Part shown: piece by piece, positions 30,437 to 39,034 of the stretch
How positions within the stretch are numbered: the first letter of the stretch is position 1
Layout: the number at the start of each line of letters is the position of its first letter
Source: an uncultured archaeon
Lineage (GTDB): Archaea; Altiarchaeota; Altiarchaeia; IMC4; SCGC-AAA252-I15
DNA length: 45,535 nucleotides
Assembly (NCBI GenBank): GCA_902384455.1
Contig: CABMCB010000056.1
Span: forward strand, 1 to 45,535
Direction: 5' to 3'
Notes under the pieces: generated by a model
Told to the model about the DNA's origin: nothing
Databases searched by the model: none
What the model saw: only the letters and a program-made list of their open reading frames with translations
Made by a program: the position numbers and the translations under genes

Positions 30437-31345
30437 GTGAAAATCTCCATTATCGGCGCAGGCCGCGTAGGTTCGACGACCGCTTTCATGCTCATGAACG
30501 AAGGATTAGCCGATGAAATCGTCCTAATCGACGTAGAAAAAGAACGCGCAGAAGGAGAAGCGCTCGACCTACTGCACTCCACGGCGGCCATGCGCAGACG
30601 CGTCAAAGTGACCGGCGGCGACGACTACGCCCTGACAAAAGAAAGCGACTTAGTCATTTTGACTGCTGGTCTCCCCCGTAAGATGGGTGAAACGCGGTTG
30701 GATTTGGCTAAAAAGAACGCCGAAATCGTTTTGTCCTGCTTGGCTAAACTCAAGGAACAGAAGCCTAAGGGCTTGCTTATGGTGACTAATCCGGTTGATT
30801 CGATGACGTACATAGCGGTGAAGGAGATGGGTGACGCTAAGAAGGTTTTCGGGTTGGGGACTACGTTGGATTCTATTCGCTACAAAAGCTTGGTTGCGGG
30901 CGCATTCAAAGTCAGCGTGGACAGCCTTGACTTATTCATCCTGGGGGAGCACGGCGACACCATGTTCCCTTACTTAAGCCACGCAAGCGCAGACGGAATA
31001 ACGCTGGCTAAATTCCCCAACTACAAAAGCAACAAGCTCACAGAATTATTCGACCAAGTGATCACGGGCGGCATAGAAGTCATAAAGAGGAAGGGGGGAA
31101 CCGTTTTCGCTCCGTCTCTTGCAATAGTTGCGGTGGTGGAATCGATGGTCCACGACAGAAGGCGCGTCCTACCGGTAAGCGTCTACGACCCGACTAAAGA
31201 CGTCTGCGTAAGCGTACCCTCAGTAGTAAGCAAAGACGGCGCAACACCCATAGCAATAGACTTGGACGAAACAGAACAAACCAAAATGCAGGCCTCAATA
31301 GACGTCATACGCCACACAATAGAAGCATGCTATCCGCTAAGATAG
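30437..31345 (+). CDS. mdh: Malate dehydrogenase (LDH-like)
   Basis: IIGAGRVG, AGLPRKMGETRLDL (Arg specificity residue of MDH), VTNPVD, LDSIR, GEHGD. Confidence 0.88.
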   Translation: MKISIIGAGRVGSTTAFMLMNEGLADEIVLIDVEKERAEGEALDLLHSTAAMRRRVKVTGGDDYALTKESDLVILTAGLPRKMGETRLDLAKKNAEIVLSCLAKLKEQKPKGLLMVTNPVDSMTYIAVKEMGDAKKVFGLGTTLDSIRYKSLVAGAFKVSVDSLDLFILGEHGDTMFPYLSHASADGITLAKFPNYKSNKLTELFDQVITGGIEVIKRKGGTVFAPSLAIVAVVESMVHDRRRVLPVSVYDPTKDVCVSVPSVVSKDGATPIAIDLDETEQTKMQASIDVIRHTIEACYPLR

Positions 31346-31681
31346 CGTCACTGTATTAGTATACTTGATTACCTCCCCGGTTACCGCATCTACAAACATA
31401 AGGTTCTTATTTAATGTCGACGGAGAACTGTCTAGATTGACTTCAATCGGATAAATATCGCCGACGAAACCCTGCCTCCCCTGCGAAGAGTTAATGTAGA
31501 TAATCCACCAACCATGCCATGGCTTCTGAATGAAAGTTCCCCTTAGCTCCCACACATTAAACAAAACCCAATCATTATGATTCTCAATGAAGGGGTCAAG
31601 TGGAACAGTGGTCGCAGCCCTAGGTGGTAAATACCCCACAACAACACCCCCACCCAAACGCGCAGCCTCATCCTTAGACAC
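31337..31681 (-). CDS. PepSY-like domain ORF, in frame with the upstream DUF2085 ORF across one TAG
   Basis: VSKDEAA at the start and FVDAVTGEVI near the end resemble PepSY-type motifs; junction reads GGG TAG CAT GTG. Confidence 0.55.
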   Translation of the reverse strand: MSKDEAARLGGGVVVGYLPPRAATTVPLDPFIENHNDWVLFNVWELRGTFIQKPWHGWWIIYINSSQGRQGFVGDIYPIEVNLDSSPSTLNKNLMFVDAVTGEVIKYTNTVTLS

Positions 31682-31684
31682 ATG

Positions 31685-32320
31685 CTACCCAGCAAAAAGA
31701 ACGCTAACCTGAAAAACAAGAAAAACAACAAACAAAGCGCAGGCCACAGAAAAAAACACAGTCCTTCTATCCGATAACAAACCCCTGAAATGCGGCCGAA
31801 TACCAAACAGGCGGCCCATCACCCACGCGCTCCAGCTTACGCCCAACACAAGTCCGGTCGCAAACCTCACTGCGTTCAAGCTCTCCCAAAGAAAAAGGCC
31901 CTGACCCAAAACGTCGATGATTAGCGGAACCATCCCAGCCAAAAGGAAAAAGATGCCGTACTTTCGCCCAGAAAAAAGCCCCCAAATCAAGCCCACACAA
32001 CAACCCAAATAAATCCCGGCATCACGCGAACACATAGCCAAAGGAATACCCCCAAAAAGAAAAGAACGCTCAGGCATCTGATGACAAGCATAAGACAAAG
32101 CAACAACCCTATAAACAACCGCGGCCGCAGACCCCAAAAAGCCGCCCTGACCTACCGCCAAATGAGAAACCAACATGGCCAGAACGCAAAAAAGACACGC
32201 CAACAAAAAAGTAAGCAAAACAAAATCAAACGCATTCCGCCATAAAATTCGGCCGAAACCGTCAGAATTCTTTGTAGACCGGCTCTTCTTTATCCCTGTT
32301 TTATTGGGCGTTTCATTCAC
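31685..32320 (-). CDS. DUF2085-family membrane protein (possibly the N-terminal part of an interrupted fusion)
   Basis: CHQMPERSF, MCSRDAGIYLG, P.IID, ESLNAVRFATG. Confidence 0.85.
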   Translation of the reverse strand: MNETPNKTGIKKSRSTKNSDGFGRILWRNAFDFVLLTFLLACLFCVLAMLVSHLAVGQGGFLGSAAAVVYRVVALSYACHQMPERSFLFGGIPLAMCSRDAGIYLGCCVGLIWGLFSGRKYGIFFLLAGMVPLIIDVLGQGLFLWESLNAVRFATGLVLGVSWSAWVMGRLFGIRPHFRGLLSDRRTVFFSVACALFVVFLVFQVSVLFAG

Positions 32321-32324
32321 TGTC

Positions 32325-33143
32325 TTACAGGGGGACTCCGTACTTGGGCTTGAAGCTGCTAAGTGGGCAAATCAAAGGAACCGCCAGATTCTGGCATTTC
32401 AGCCTCAACCCGTAGTCCTCAATGAGGGTGCATACGCGCGGATCCAGCCGGTGGAGGTCTATGAAGTCCATTATGCAGCGGTCTCGCACGTCAGTTGCGT
32501 TGATTTTCTTGCAAATCTCAAGGTCACTGTTCCTGCTTGAGAAAGCGTAAAGGCACCAGTCCCTGCTTTTGACGTCGCCTATGCTGTCGCATGCGGTCAC
32601 GTCTTTAGTCAAACTTGACAGGCACCTCATCCTAGAGGACTCTGAACTGATTGAGCTGCACAGGGAAGCGTTCCTAACCCTCACCGCCATGTAGTACACG
32701 CAGCTGTCTTTCTGAGCGGCTGCCGAAATCATAAAGCACGGTTGAGGGTCTTCAGTCTCCCGCGCAGCCCTAAAGAAGCATTCTCCGACAGTAAAGTCGT
32801 CTCCCGCAAGCAGGCAAGGGCTGCTGTCGTTGGACGCCGAAACCGCAGTGATTATGCAATCGACTTTCTCGGCGCTGCTTACGTTATCGCTGCAGCCGAT
32901 TTTATCCAAGCTCTCAGGCGGCTCCTTAATTGTGGGCTTAACCTGAGGCGGATATGTCGCAGAGACCTGAGGTTGGCCCTCCGAAGATGGCGCCGATGCG
33001 ACAGTTGATGTGGGTGGCAGATTGATGTACTCTCCCGGCGCGACTGTAGGCTCGCCAGGACCCGAGTTAAAGACAAAAACTGCCGCTGCAAAGACTAATA
33101 CCAACGCAGCTCCTACAGTAGCCCACAAAATCTTTGAAGCCAT
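32325..33143 (-). CDS. Membrane-anchored Cys-repeat surface protein
   Basis: N-terminal TM, Pro/Ser/Thr linker, repeated C..I.....(R/K)D.C...A units with a period of about 21-26 aa. Confidence 0.8.
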   Translation of the reverse strand: MASKILWATVGAALVLVFAAAVFVFNSGPGEPTVAPGEYINLPPTSTVASAPSSEGQPQVSATYPPQVKPTIKEPPESLDKIGCSDNVSSAEKVDCIITAVSASNDSSPCLLAGDDFTVGECFFRAARETEDPQPCFMISAAAQKDSCVYYMAVRVRNASLCSSISSESSRMRCLSSLTKDVTACDSIGDVKSRDWCLYAFSSRNSDLEICKKINATDVRDRCIMDFIDLHRLDPRVCTLIEDYGLRLKCQNLAVPLICPLSSFKPKYGVPL

Positions 33144-33146
33144 CAC

Positions 33147-34196
33147 TTAAGGTTTCAACTGCGTCGTCATGTTGCTCAAGCTTAAAGAAAGCTTCTTGTT
33201 TTCCTCATCAATAGCCTTCACTTGAGTCCTACAATCACTGCGTAAAGTCAGATTCACGATGTTCATGCAACGAGACTCATCCACCTCATCCTTAGCGACA
33301 TCTATAAAGCAAAGCTCCGCAGGGTACTCGGCCGTTATCTTCCGGCATATGGTGATGTTAGGCGCAAACGCGTTGACTCTCTGGTAGCACCAGTCTCTGC
33401 TGTTGTTTTCGCTTATGCTCACGCAGAAGCTTACGTTCTTTTCAACTATGGCTTTGCATCTTAAGCGGGTGTCCTGCGTCTTAATCAAGTCGCAGACTTC
33501 GGTGTTTTTTGTCGCCGTCGCGGAAGAAAACAGACAGCTTTCCTTCCGTCCAGAATCGGCTATATTGTCGCAGAAGCTGCTGTTCTTCAAAGTAGTCCCC
33601 AATCCAAGGAAACACTCATCCTTCTCGAAAGCGTCAGCAAGACTCTCGCACAAAACCGGATTACCAGACAAAACCGCAATGTTCCTGACGCACTCATCCT
33701 TCAGCAACTGAGCGCTCATTTTAACGCACAAAGACTGATTCAACGCCTCAGCAGCCGAATCATAATAACACCGGTCCCTGTTAACCGAAGTATTAAACTT
33801 CAAGCAATCATCATCCAGCTGCGACACATTGACTACGGGAGCGCAAGTAGGGCAGACTCCGCCGCAATCAACACCCAACTCCGTTCCATCCATAACGCCA
33901 TTAGCGCAAGAAACGGAACTGTTCCCGCCACCGCTAACCACAATATAAACAGACAAAACAAGCAACAAAACAATCAAAGCCCAAAAAACCTTAAGCCCCA
34001 ACGAAGGAATAAAAGAACAAGACGGCAAAAAAGGACACGAGGACGCAACATCAACCTTCTTCTCACTCATCACCATCTTCTCCCGTGAAACACCAACAGT
34101 CCCCCGGACTTCCTCGACGGATTTCGTCTTCAAACTTTCCTCAACCTCTAACTTCTTAGAGGCCTTTTTCTTAGTTGCTCCTACTTTCTTTGTCAT
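33147..34196 (-). CDS. Membrane-anchored Cys-repeat surface protein with a CxNGxxDxxExGVDCGG motif
   Basis: Lys-rich N-terminus, TM helix, CANGVMDGTELGVDCGGVCPTC, about 8 Cys-pair repeats, many N-x-S/T sequons. Confidence 0.8.
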   Translation of the reverse strand: MTKKVGATKKKASKKLEVEESLKTKSVEEVRGTVGVSREKMVMSEKKVDVASSCPFLPSCSFIPSLGLKVFWALIVLLLVLSVYIVVSGGGNSSVSCANGVMDGTELGVDCGGVCPTCAPVVNVSQLDDDCLKFNTSVNRDRCYYDSAAEALNQSLCVKMSAQLLKDECVRNIAVLSGNPVLCESLADAFEKDECFLGLGTTLKNSSFCDNIADSGRKESCLFSSATATKNTEVCDLIKTQDTRLRCKAIVEKNVSFCVSISENNSRDWCYQRVNAFAPNITICRKITAEYPAELCFIDVAKDEVDESRCMNIVNLTLRSDCRTQVKAIDEENKKLSLSLSNMTTQLKP

Positions 34197-34199
34197 GTA

Positions 34200-35168
34200 T
34201 TACCCTCCTTCCGTATAATTCACTGCTGTAATCGTGATATTAAACACTAAAGATTCACCCGCAAGCGGATGATTGAAGTCCAAAGTGATAGTGTCATTAG
34301 AAACATTACGCACCACCGCAAGACCAGCACCAGTAGAAATAATAGTCCCCACCTTAGGGTCAAGAGGCCGTATGACGACGCTTTCCACAACACCCGTCGA
34401 ATTCAACTCAGCCAATATCTGGTCCAAATCACCCGCCACCTTAAGGTAACCCGTATCGCCCAACGGCTCAGCCTGAAGATTAGACGCCTCCTCATCAACC
34501 CTCTCCTCAATGCTCACCACAGCCGGACCCAGATTAGTGTCCACGACCTGCCCAACCTGCGGGTCATGACGCAAATAAACAGTGCCGTTAACAACAGCAA
34601 GAACAGTCATAGGCCACTGCAAATCAGGCAAAAGAAGAGTCTCATTCGCATTAGGCTGCTTGCCAACATCCTGAACGAACCGTTCAACAGAAGTTGAAAT
34701 AACCCTCGGAGCCCACTGCTCCCTCGGAGCCGGCACCAAAGCATCAGCTTTGCGCTCCCCAAACGCCTCCTCAGGCGCCAAAAAAACCTGCTTAAAATCA
34801 CCCACCCTCATACCAACAAGAGCCGCATCAAGACCAGAAATAACCTTTCCGTCACCGACAACCACAACAAGAGGCCCATACTGCCTTTTAGAGTCATAGA
34901 TCCCCGCCGCATCAGCAACTTCGGCAATACTGGAGTCAAATATGCTCCCGTTAAGATACGCCCCGACGTAATTAAAATAAACGACGTCCCCAACCCTGAT
35001 GGACGGAAAAATAGACGTCTTAACCGGAAGTTGATGATAAGCCAAAAGCAAAACAACTAATACGGCCAAAAAAATAGAGATACTTTTGTAGGATAAGAGC
35101 CCACTTTTCAGGCTGCCGCCAACCTCATTTCCCGTTTCTAACGTCGAACTCCTGATTCCTTTAGCCAT
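34200..35168 (-). CDS. Membrane-anchored FKBP/SlyD-type peptidyl-prolyl isomerase with expanded insert domain
   Basis: GDVVYFNYVG..GSIFDSS, VISGLD.AL.GM, PEEAFG, DFNHPLAG; N-terminal TM; ATG 35168 with GGAGGG upstream. Confidence 0.9.
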   Translation of the reverse strand: MAKGIRSSTLETGNEVGGSLKSGLLSYKSISIFLAVLVVLLLAYHQLPVKTSIFPSIRVGDVVYFNYVGAYLNGSIFDSSIAEVADAAGIYDSKRQYGPLVVVVGDGKVISGLDAALVGMRVGDFKQVFLAPEEAFGERKADALVPAPREQWAPRVISTSVERFVQDVGKQPNANETLLLPDLQWPMTVLAVVNGTVYLRHDPQVGQVVDTNLGPAVVSIEERVDEEASNLQAEPLGDTGYLKVAGDLDQILAELNSTGVVESVVIRPLDPKVGTIISTGAGLAVVRNVSNDTITLDFNHPLAGESLVFNITITAVNYTEGG

Positions 35169-35309
35169 ATATCTCCCTCCAAAAATTTTACGCTTCAGAA
35201 CAGCACGAACCTTTTTTATCAACACCCAATACAACAAACATGTACGGCGTAACCTAACAATTCATAAACACGTACGTCTTTAAATGCTAAGCATACGTAT
35301 GGCAGTAAA

Positions 35310-36113
35310 ATGAAAATCGGCACAATACTCACAATAACAACAGTACTGTTTTTCTCCCTATGCATGTCCACCCAAGACGGCCAGACCAACCAAAATCCAA
35401 CTGCTGCACCCCCTCAACCCGTAAAAATAGGAGAACGCGTCAGAATAGGCGACATAGTCAGCATATCATCGACAGTACGACTCCAAAACGGAACAATACT
35501 CGACACCACAGAACGCGCCATAGCCGAAGCCAACGGAATATTCAACGAAAACGAACGATACGCCCCAATAGTCGTCCGAGTAGGCCGAGGAGAAATAATA
35601 CCCGGAATAGAACAAGCCCTAGTAGAAATGCAAGTAGGCGAAACAAGGAACCTGACCGTGCCACCCGAACTAGGCTACGGCTTCCCAGACCCCCGGCTAT
35701 ACAACTGGGTACCCATAATCGCGGCCTTAGACTCAACGATGGAAATCAACCGGACGTTAATCGAACAAGAAAACTTGACGGACATTAAAGTCGGAGAAAC
35801 CCTATTGCACCCGACATTCGGACTCAGAGCAAGCGTCATCAACGTAACAAACGAAACAGTAACAATACAATACGTGCCAGGAGTCACATCCTACGTCAAC
35901 ACGGAATTCGGAAGCACCACATTCACCGTAATCAACGGCACAACAGTCCTAATGATACTGCCCAACTTAACCGCCGGAGACAGAATCGAAACCCAAACCG
36001 GCTACGCGAGAATAGCCGAATCCAACAAAACACACTACCTAATAGACGAAAACAACCCCTACGCAGGAAGAACACTCGTCTACGAAATCAAAATAAACGA
36101 CATAGAAGGCTAA
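35310..36113 (+). CDS. Secreted/lipoprotein FKBP/SlyD-type peptidyl-prolyl isomerase
   Basis: Signal ending in FSLC, GTILDTT, IIPGIEQAL..M.VGE, PPELGYG, DENNPYAGRTL. Confidence 0.88.
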   Translation: MKIGTILTITTVLFFSLCMSTQDGQTNQNPTAAPPQPVKIGERVRIGDIVSISSTVRLQNGTILDTTERAIAEANGIFNENERYAPIVVRVGRGEIIPGIEQALVEMQVGETRNLTVPPELGYGFPDPRLYNWVPIIAALDSTMEINRTLIEQENLTDIKVGETLLHPTFGLRASVINVTNETVTIQYVPGVTSYVNTEFGSTTFTVINGTTVLMILPNLTAGDRIETQTGYARIAESNKTHYLIDENNPYAGRTLVYEIKINDIEG

Positions 36114-36114
36114 A

Positions 36115-37302
36115 TTACGGCCTAACAACTCCCTCCTCAACAGCCTTAATGCGCACAGCTTCAGCCACTTTACCCGCCACCTTCTTATCCAAAGGCGAAG
36201 GCAAAATACGCGTCGAAGTCGGCTTTTTAACCAAAGACGCAAGCGCAAAAGCAGCAGCATTCTTCATCCCATCCGTAATCCTGACCGCACGAGCATCCAA
36301 AGCACCCCTAAAAACACCCGGAAAAGCCAGAACATTATTCACCTGATTAGGAAAATCGCTGCGGCCAGTAGCAACAATAGCCGCCCCAGCATTCTTAGCC
36401 GCAACAGGAACAATCTCAGGCTCAGGATTAGCCATAGCAATCACAATAGCATCATCAGCCATCGACTTAACCATCTCCTCAGTAACAACACCCCCCTTAG
36501 AAACACCAATAAAAACGTCGGCACCCACCATAGCATCAGCCAAAGAACCCAACTTATTAGTCCGGTCAGTACCAGAAGCAATCCTCTGCTTATACGAATT
36601 CAAATCCTTACGGCCGCGATAAATAATCCCTTTGCTGTCGCACACTATTATGTCCCTGAAAGGCCTGCAAAACCCGTCTTCACCAGAGAAATCGCATATC
36701 CTCTGGACAATGCTGTATCCGGCGGCGCCCGCGCCGTTTATGACGACCTTAATGTCGTCAAGGCTTTTTCCCACCACTTTAGACGAATTCAAAAGAGCAG
36801 CCCAGACGACGATAGCCGTCCCATGCTGGTCGTCGTGGAACACAGGTATGCCTATGTCCTGCAGCTGGTCTTCCACGTCGAAGCATCTGGGCGCACTAAT
36901 GTCCTCGAGGTTTATTCCGCCAAACGACGGCGCCATGCCTCTGACTGAAGCGACTATCCCCTCGACGCTCTGGTCCCTTAAGACAATCGGTACAGCATCG
37001 ATTCCTCCGAATTCCTTAAACAAAAGGCATTTACCCTCCATGACGGGCATGGCCGCCTCAGCCCCGATATTGCCAAGCCCCAACACTGCGCTTCCGTCGC
37101 TGACAACCGCAATGGTATTGCCCCTGCCGGTGTATTCATAAGAAAGCTTCGGGTCCGAAGCGATTCGCCTGCATGGCTCGGCCACACCAGGAGTGTACAA
37201 AAGACTTAAGTCGCGTTTAGAACGCACTTTCATCTTTGGGGAAACAGAAAGCTTGCCTTTCAGCTTCCTGTGAAGCTCTAATGAATCATCGTAAATTGTC
37301 AT
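36115..37302 (-). CDS. NAD(P)-dependent malic enzyme
   Basis: LYTPGVA, DGSAVLGLG, PVMEGK, INLEDI.APRCF, FHDDQHGTA, GAGAAG, ATGRSDFPNQVNN; ATG 37302 chosen. Confidence 0.95.
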   Translation of the reverse strand: MTIYDDSLELHRKLKGKLSVSPKMKVRSKRDLSLLYTPGVAEPCRRIASDPKLSYEYTGRGNTIAVVSDGSAVLGLGNIGAEAAMPVMEGKCLLFKEFGGIDAVPIVLRDQSVEGIVASVRGMAPSFGGINLEDISAPRCFDVEDQLQDIGIPVFHDDQHGTAIVVWAALLNSSKVVGKSLDDIKVVINGAGAAGYSIVQRICDFSGEDGFCRPFRDIIVCDSKGIIYRGRKDLNSYKQRIASGTDRTNKLGSLADAMVGADVFIGVSKGGVVTEEMVKSMADDAIVIAMANPEPEIVPVAAKNAGAAIVATGRSDFPNQVNNVLAFPGVFRGALDARAVRITDGMKNAAAFALASLVKKPTSTRILPSPLDKKVAGKVAEAVRIKAVEEGVVRP

Positions 37303-37397
37303 CCTCAACACCAATGGAAAAACTCAGAAATAAAGATGACTGGTTTTAAAACAAAATTAAAGACGTATTTATTCACAGCATCATGGATTCTAACTAA

Positions 37398-38396
37398 ATG
37401 GCCTCCACGCAATTCCAGCAAATCCGGGACAAACTATTGAAGACAGTAGAATCAGCAGTAGCCCAAAGCATAGCCTCGGAAGAAGTGCCTCCGCTTAAAC
37501 AATTTAAGCCTGAAAGACCCGAAGAAGAAAGACTCCCCGCAAGAGAACAATACAAACCGACAACACCCGTAGCAACAGTAAACGAACCAGTCGCAGAAAA
37601 AACAGGCAGCATACTCTCACTACAAGAAGACGCCGAAAGAATAATCGCCTCACTAGCAACAAGCCCCCCACAACAAAGAAAACTACTGCTATCACAACTA
37701 AAAGAACTGCAGATAGAAGCATCAGCAATAGGACAACAATTCTGGGCCGACAAAGACCTAGCGGCAGACCGCCTGACACCCGAAATAGGTCAGGACACAG
37801 TAATACGAAACCCCTCCTTAGCAGGAAGCCTGCTGAAGGTAATCGGCCGGCCTGACATCGCCCAACGGATGGGCTTCGCGACAGAACCATACGCAGCAGA
37901 CATCACAACCGTTACACGCTACGCAAACCCCACAGACGTACCCGAACTAGAAACGTTCTACACTGGCACCCAAGAAACGTTAGAACGACTAGAGCAACTA
38001 GACCCAGAAACAGCAAGGCAAACTCCTGAAGCCCAGAGAAAAAACCTCTTACTACTGGCCGCCGCAATAGTGAACGCCGCAGAAAACCCCCGCCTGCCAA
38101 ACGCTACCGAACACCCCATAGCAGAAGGCGCACAGGAATACCGCCGCTTCCTAAGCAACCTCGACGACACCCAAAAAGACACACGCTTCGCAAGAGCAGG
38201 CGTCGACGACCCAAACACAATAGCAATGGCCGCTCTCTACATAACAGACCACACATCCCCAGACCGCATAACAAGCGACCCACCCGCAAGAATAAACGAC
38301 GCATTCAAAGACCCGCAAAAACTCCTGGAAGCAGCCGTACTACTATCTTTAATCCGAGAAAACCCCGCCGAAGAAACAAGGCAGTTGGCGGCGTAA
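37398..38396 (+). CDS. Hypothetical protein (orphan-like, predicted helical)
   Basis: 332-aa ORF filling the gap between malic enzyme and carS; TATTTATT upstream; no motif recognised. Confidence 0.7.
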   Translation: MASTQFQQIRDKLLKTVESAVAQSIASEEVPPLKQFKPERPEEERLPAREQYKPTTPVATVNEPVAEKTGSILSLQEDAERIIASLATSPPQQRKLLLSQLKELQIEASAIGQQFWADKDLAADRLTPEIGQDTVIRNPSLAGSLLKVIGRPDIAQRMGFATEPYAADITTVTRYANPTDVPELETFYTGTQETLERLEQLDPETARQTPEAQRKNLLLLAAAIVNAAENPRLPNATEHPIAEGAQEYRRFLSNLDDTQKDTRFARAGVDDPNTIAMAALYITDHTSPDRITSDPPARINDAFKDPQKLLEAAVLLSLIRENPAEETRQLAA

Positions 38397-38430
38397 AAAC
38401 CCTTTTAACGAACCACCCCCATTAAATACC

Positions 38431-38994
38431 ATGCTGGCCGACCTCCTCATAGAGGCCCTCTGGTTCATACTACCCGCCTACATAGCCAACTCAACCGCAC
38501 CCGACGTAGCCGCACTAACGCGATTCAGAGGAAAAACGCACCCGATAGACGGAGAAAAGAAATTCCGCGGCCAACGGGTGTTCGGAGAAGGGAAGAGCTG
38601 GGAAGGATTAATCGGCGGAGTGTTGGCTGGAACGATCGTTGGAGCAATACAGATGGTCGTCCGACCGCAAGCTCAGGCGATTTTCACATCAAACGTGTCG
38701 CCTGCGATAAATCTGCCCACACACTCCATTGAACTCGCCTTTCTTCTGGCTTTCGGAGCCCTCGCAGGAGACATAGTAGGAAGCTTCCTTAAGCGCCGCG
38801 TGGGAATGCCGCGCGGAAGCCCCGCCCCACTTTTAGACCAACTCGACTTCGTCTACGGCGCAGTCATACTAAGCTGGCTGGTTTCGCCGATAAGACTCGA
38901 CTACTTCGGAATACTCGCATTCATAACCCTGCCCATACACCTCATAAGCAACATAATCGCCTGGAGAATCAAAATCAAAAAAGAACCCTGGTGA
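38431..38994 (+). CDS. carS: CDP-archaeol synthase
   Basis: PAYIAN, PID, FGEGKSWEG, GDIVGSFLKRR.G..RG..PLLDQLDF, C-terminal K.EPW. Confidence 0.93.
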   Translation: MLADLLIEALWFILPAYIANSTAPDVAALTRFRGKTHPIDGEKKFRGQRVFGEGKSWEGLIGGVLAGTIVGAIQMVVRPQAQAIFTSNVSPAINLPTHSIELAFLLAFGALAGDIVGSFLKRRVGMPRGSPAPLLDQLDFVYGAVILSWLVSPIRLDYFGILAFITLPIHLISNIIAWRIKIKKEPW

Positions 38995-39034
38995 AGGGTC
39001 AATATATTTCTCTAAAACTTACGTATACTACCTG

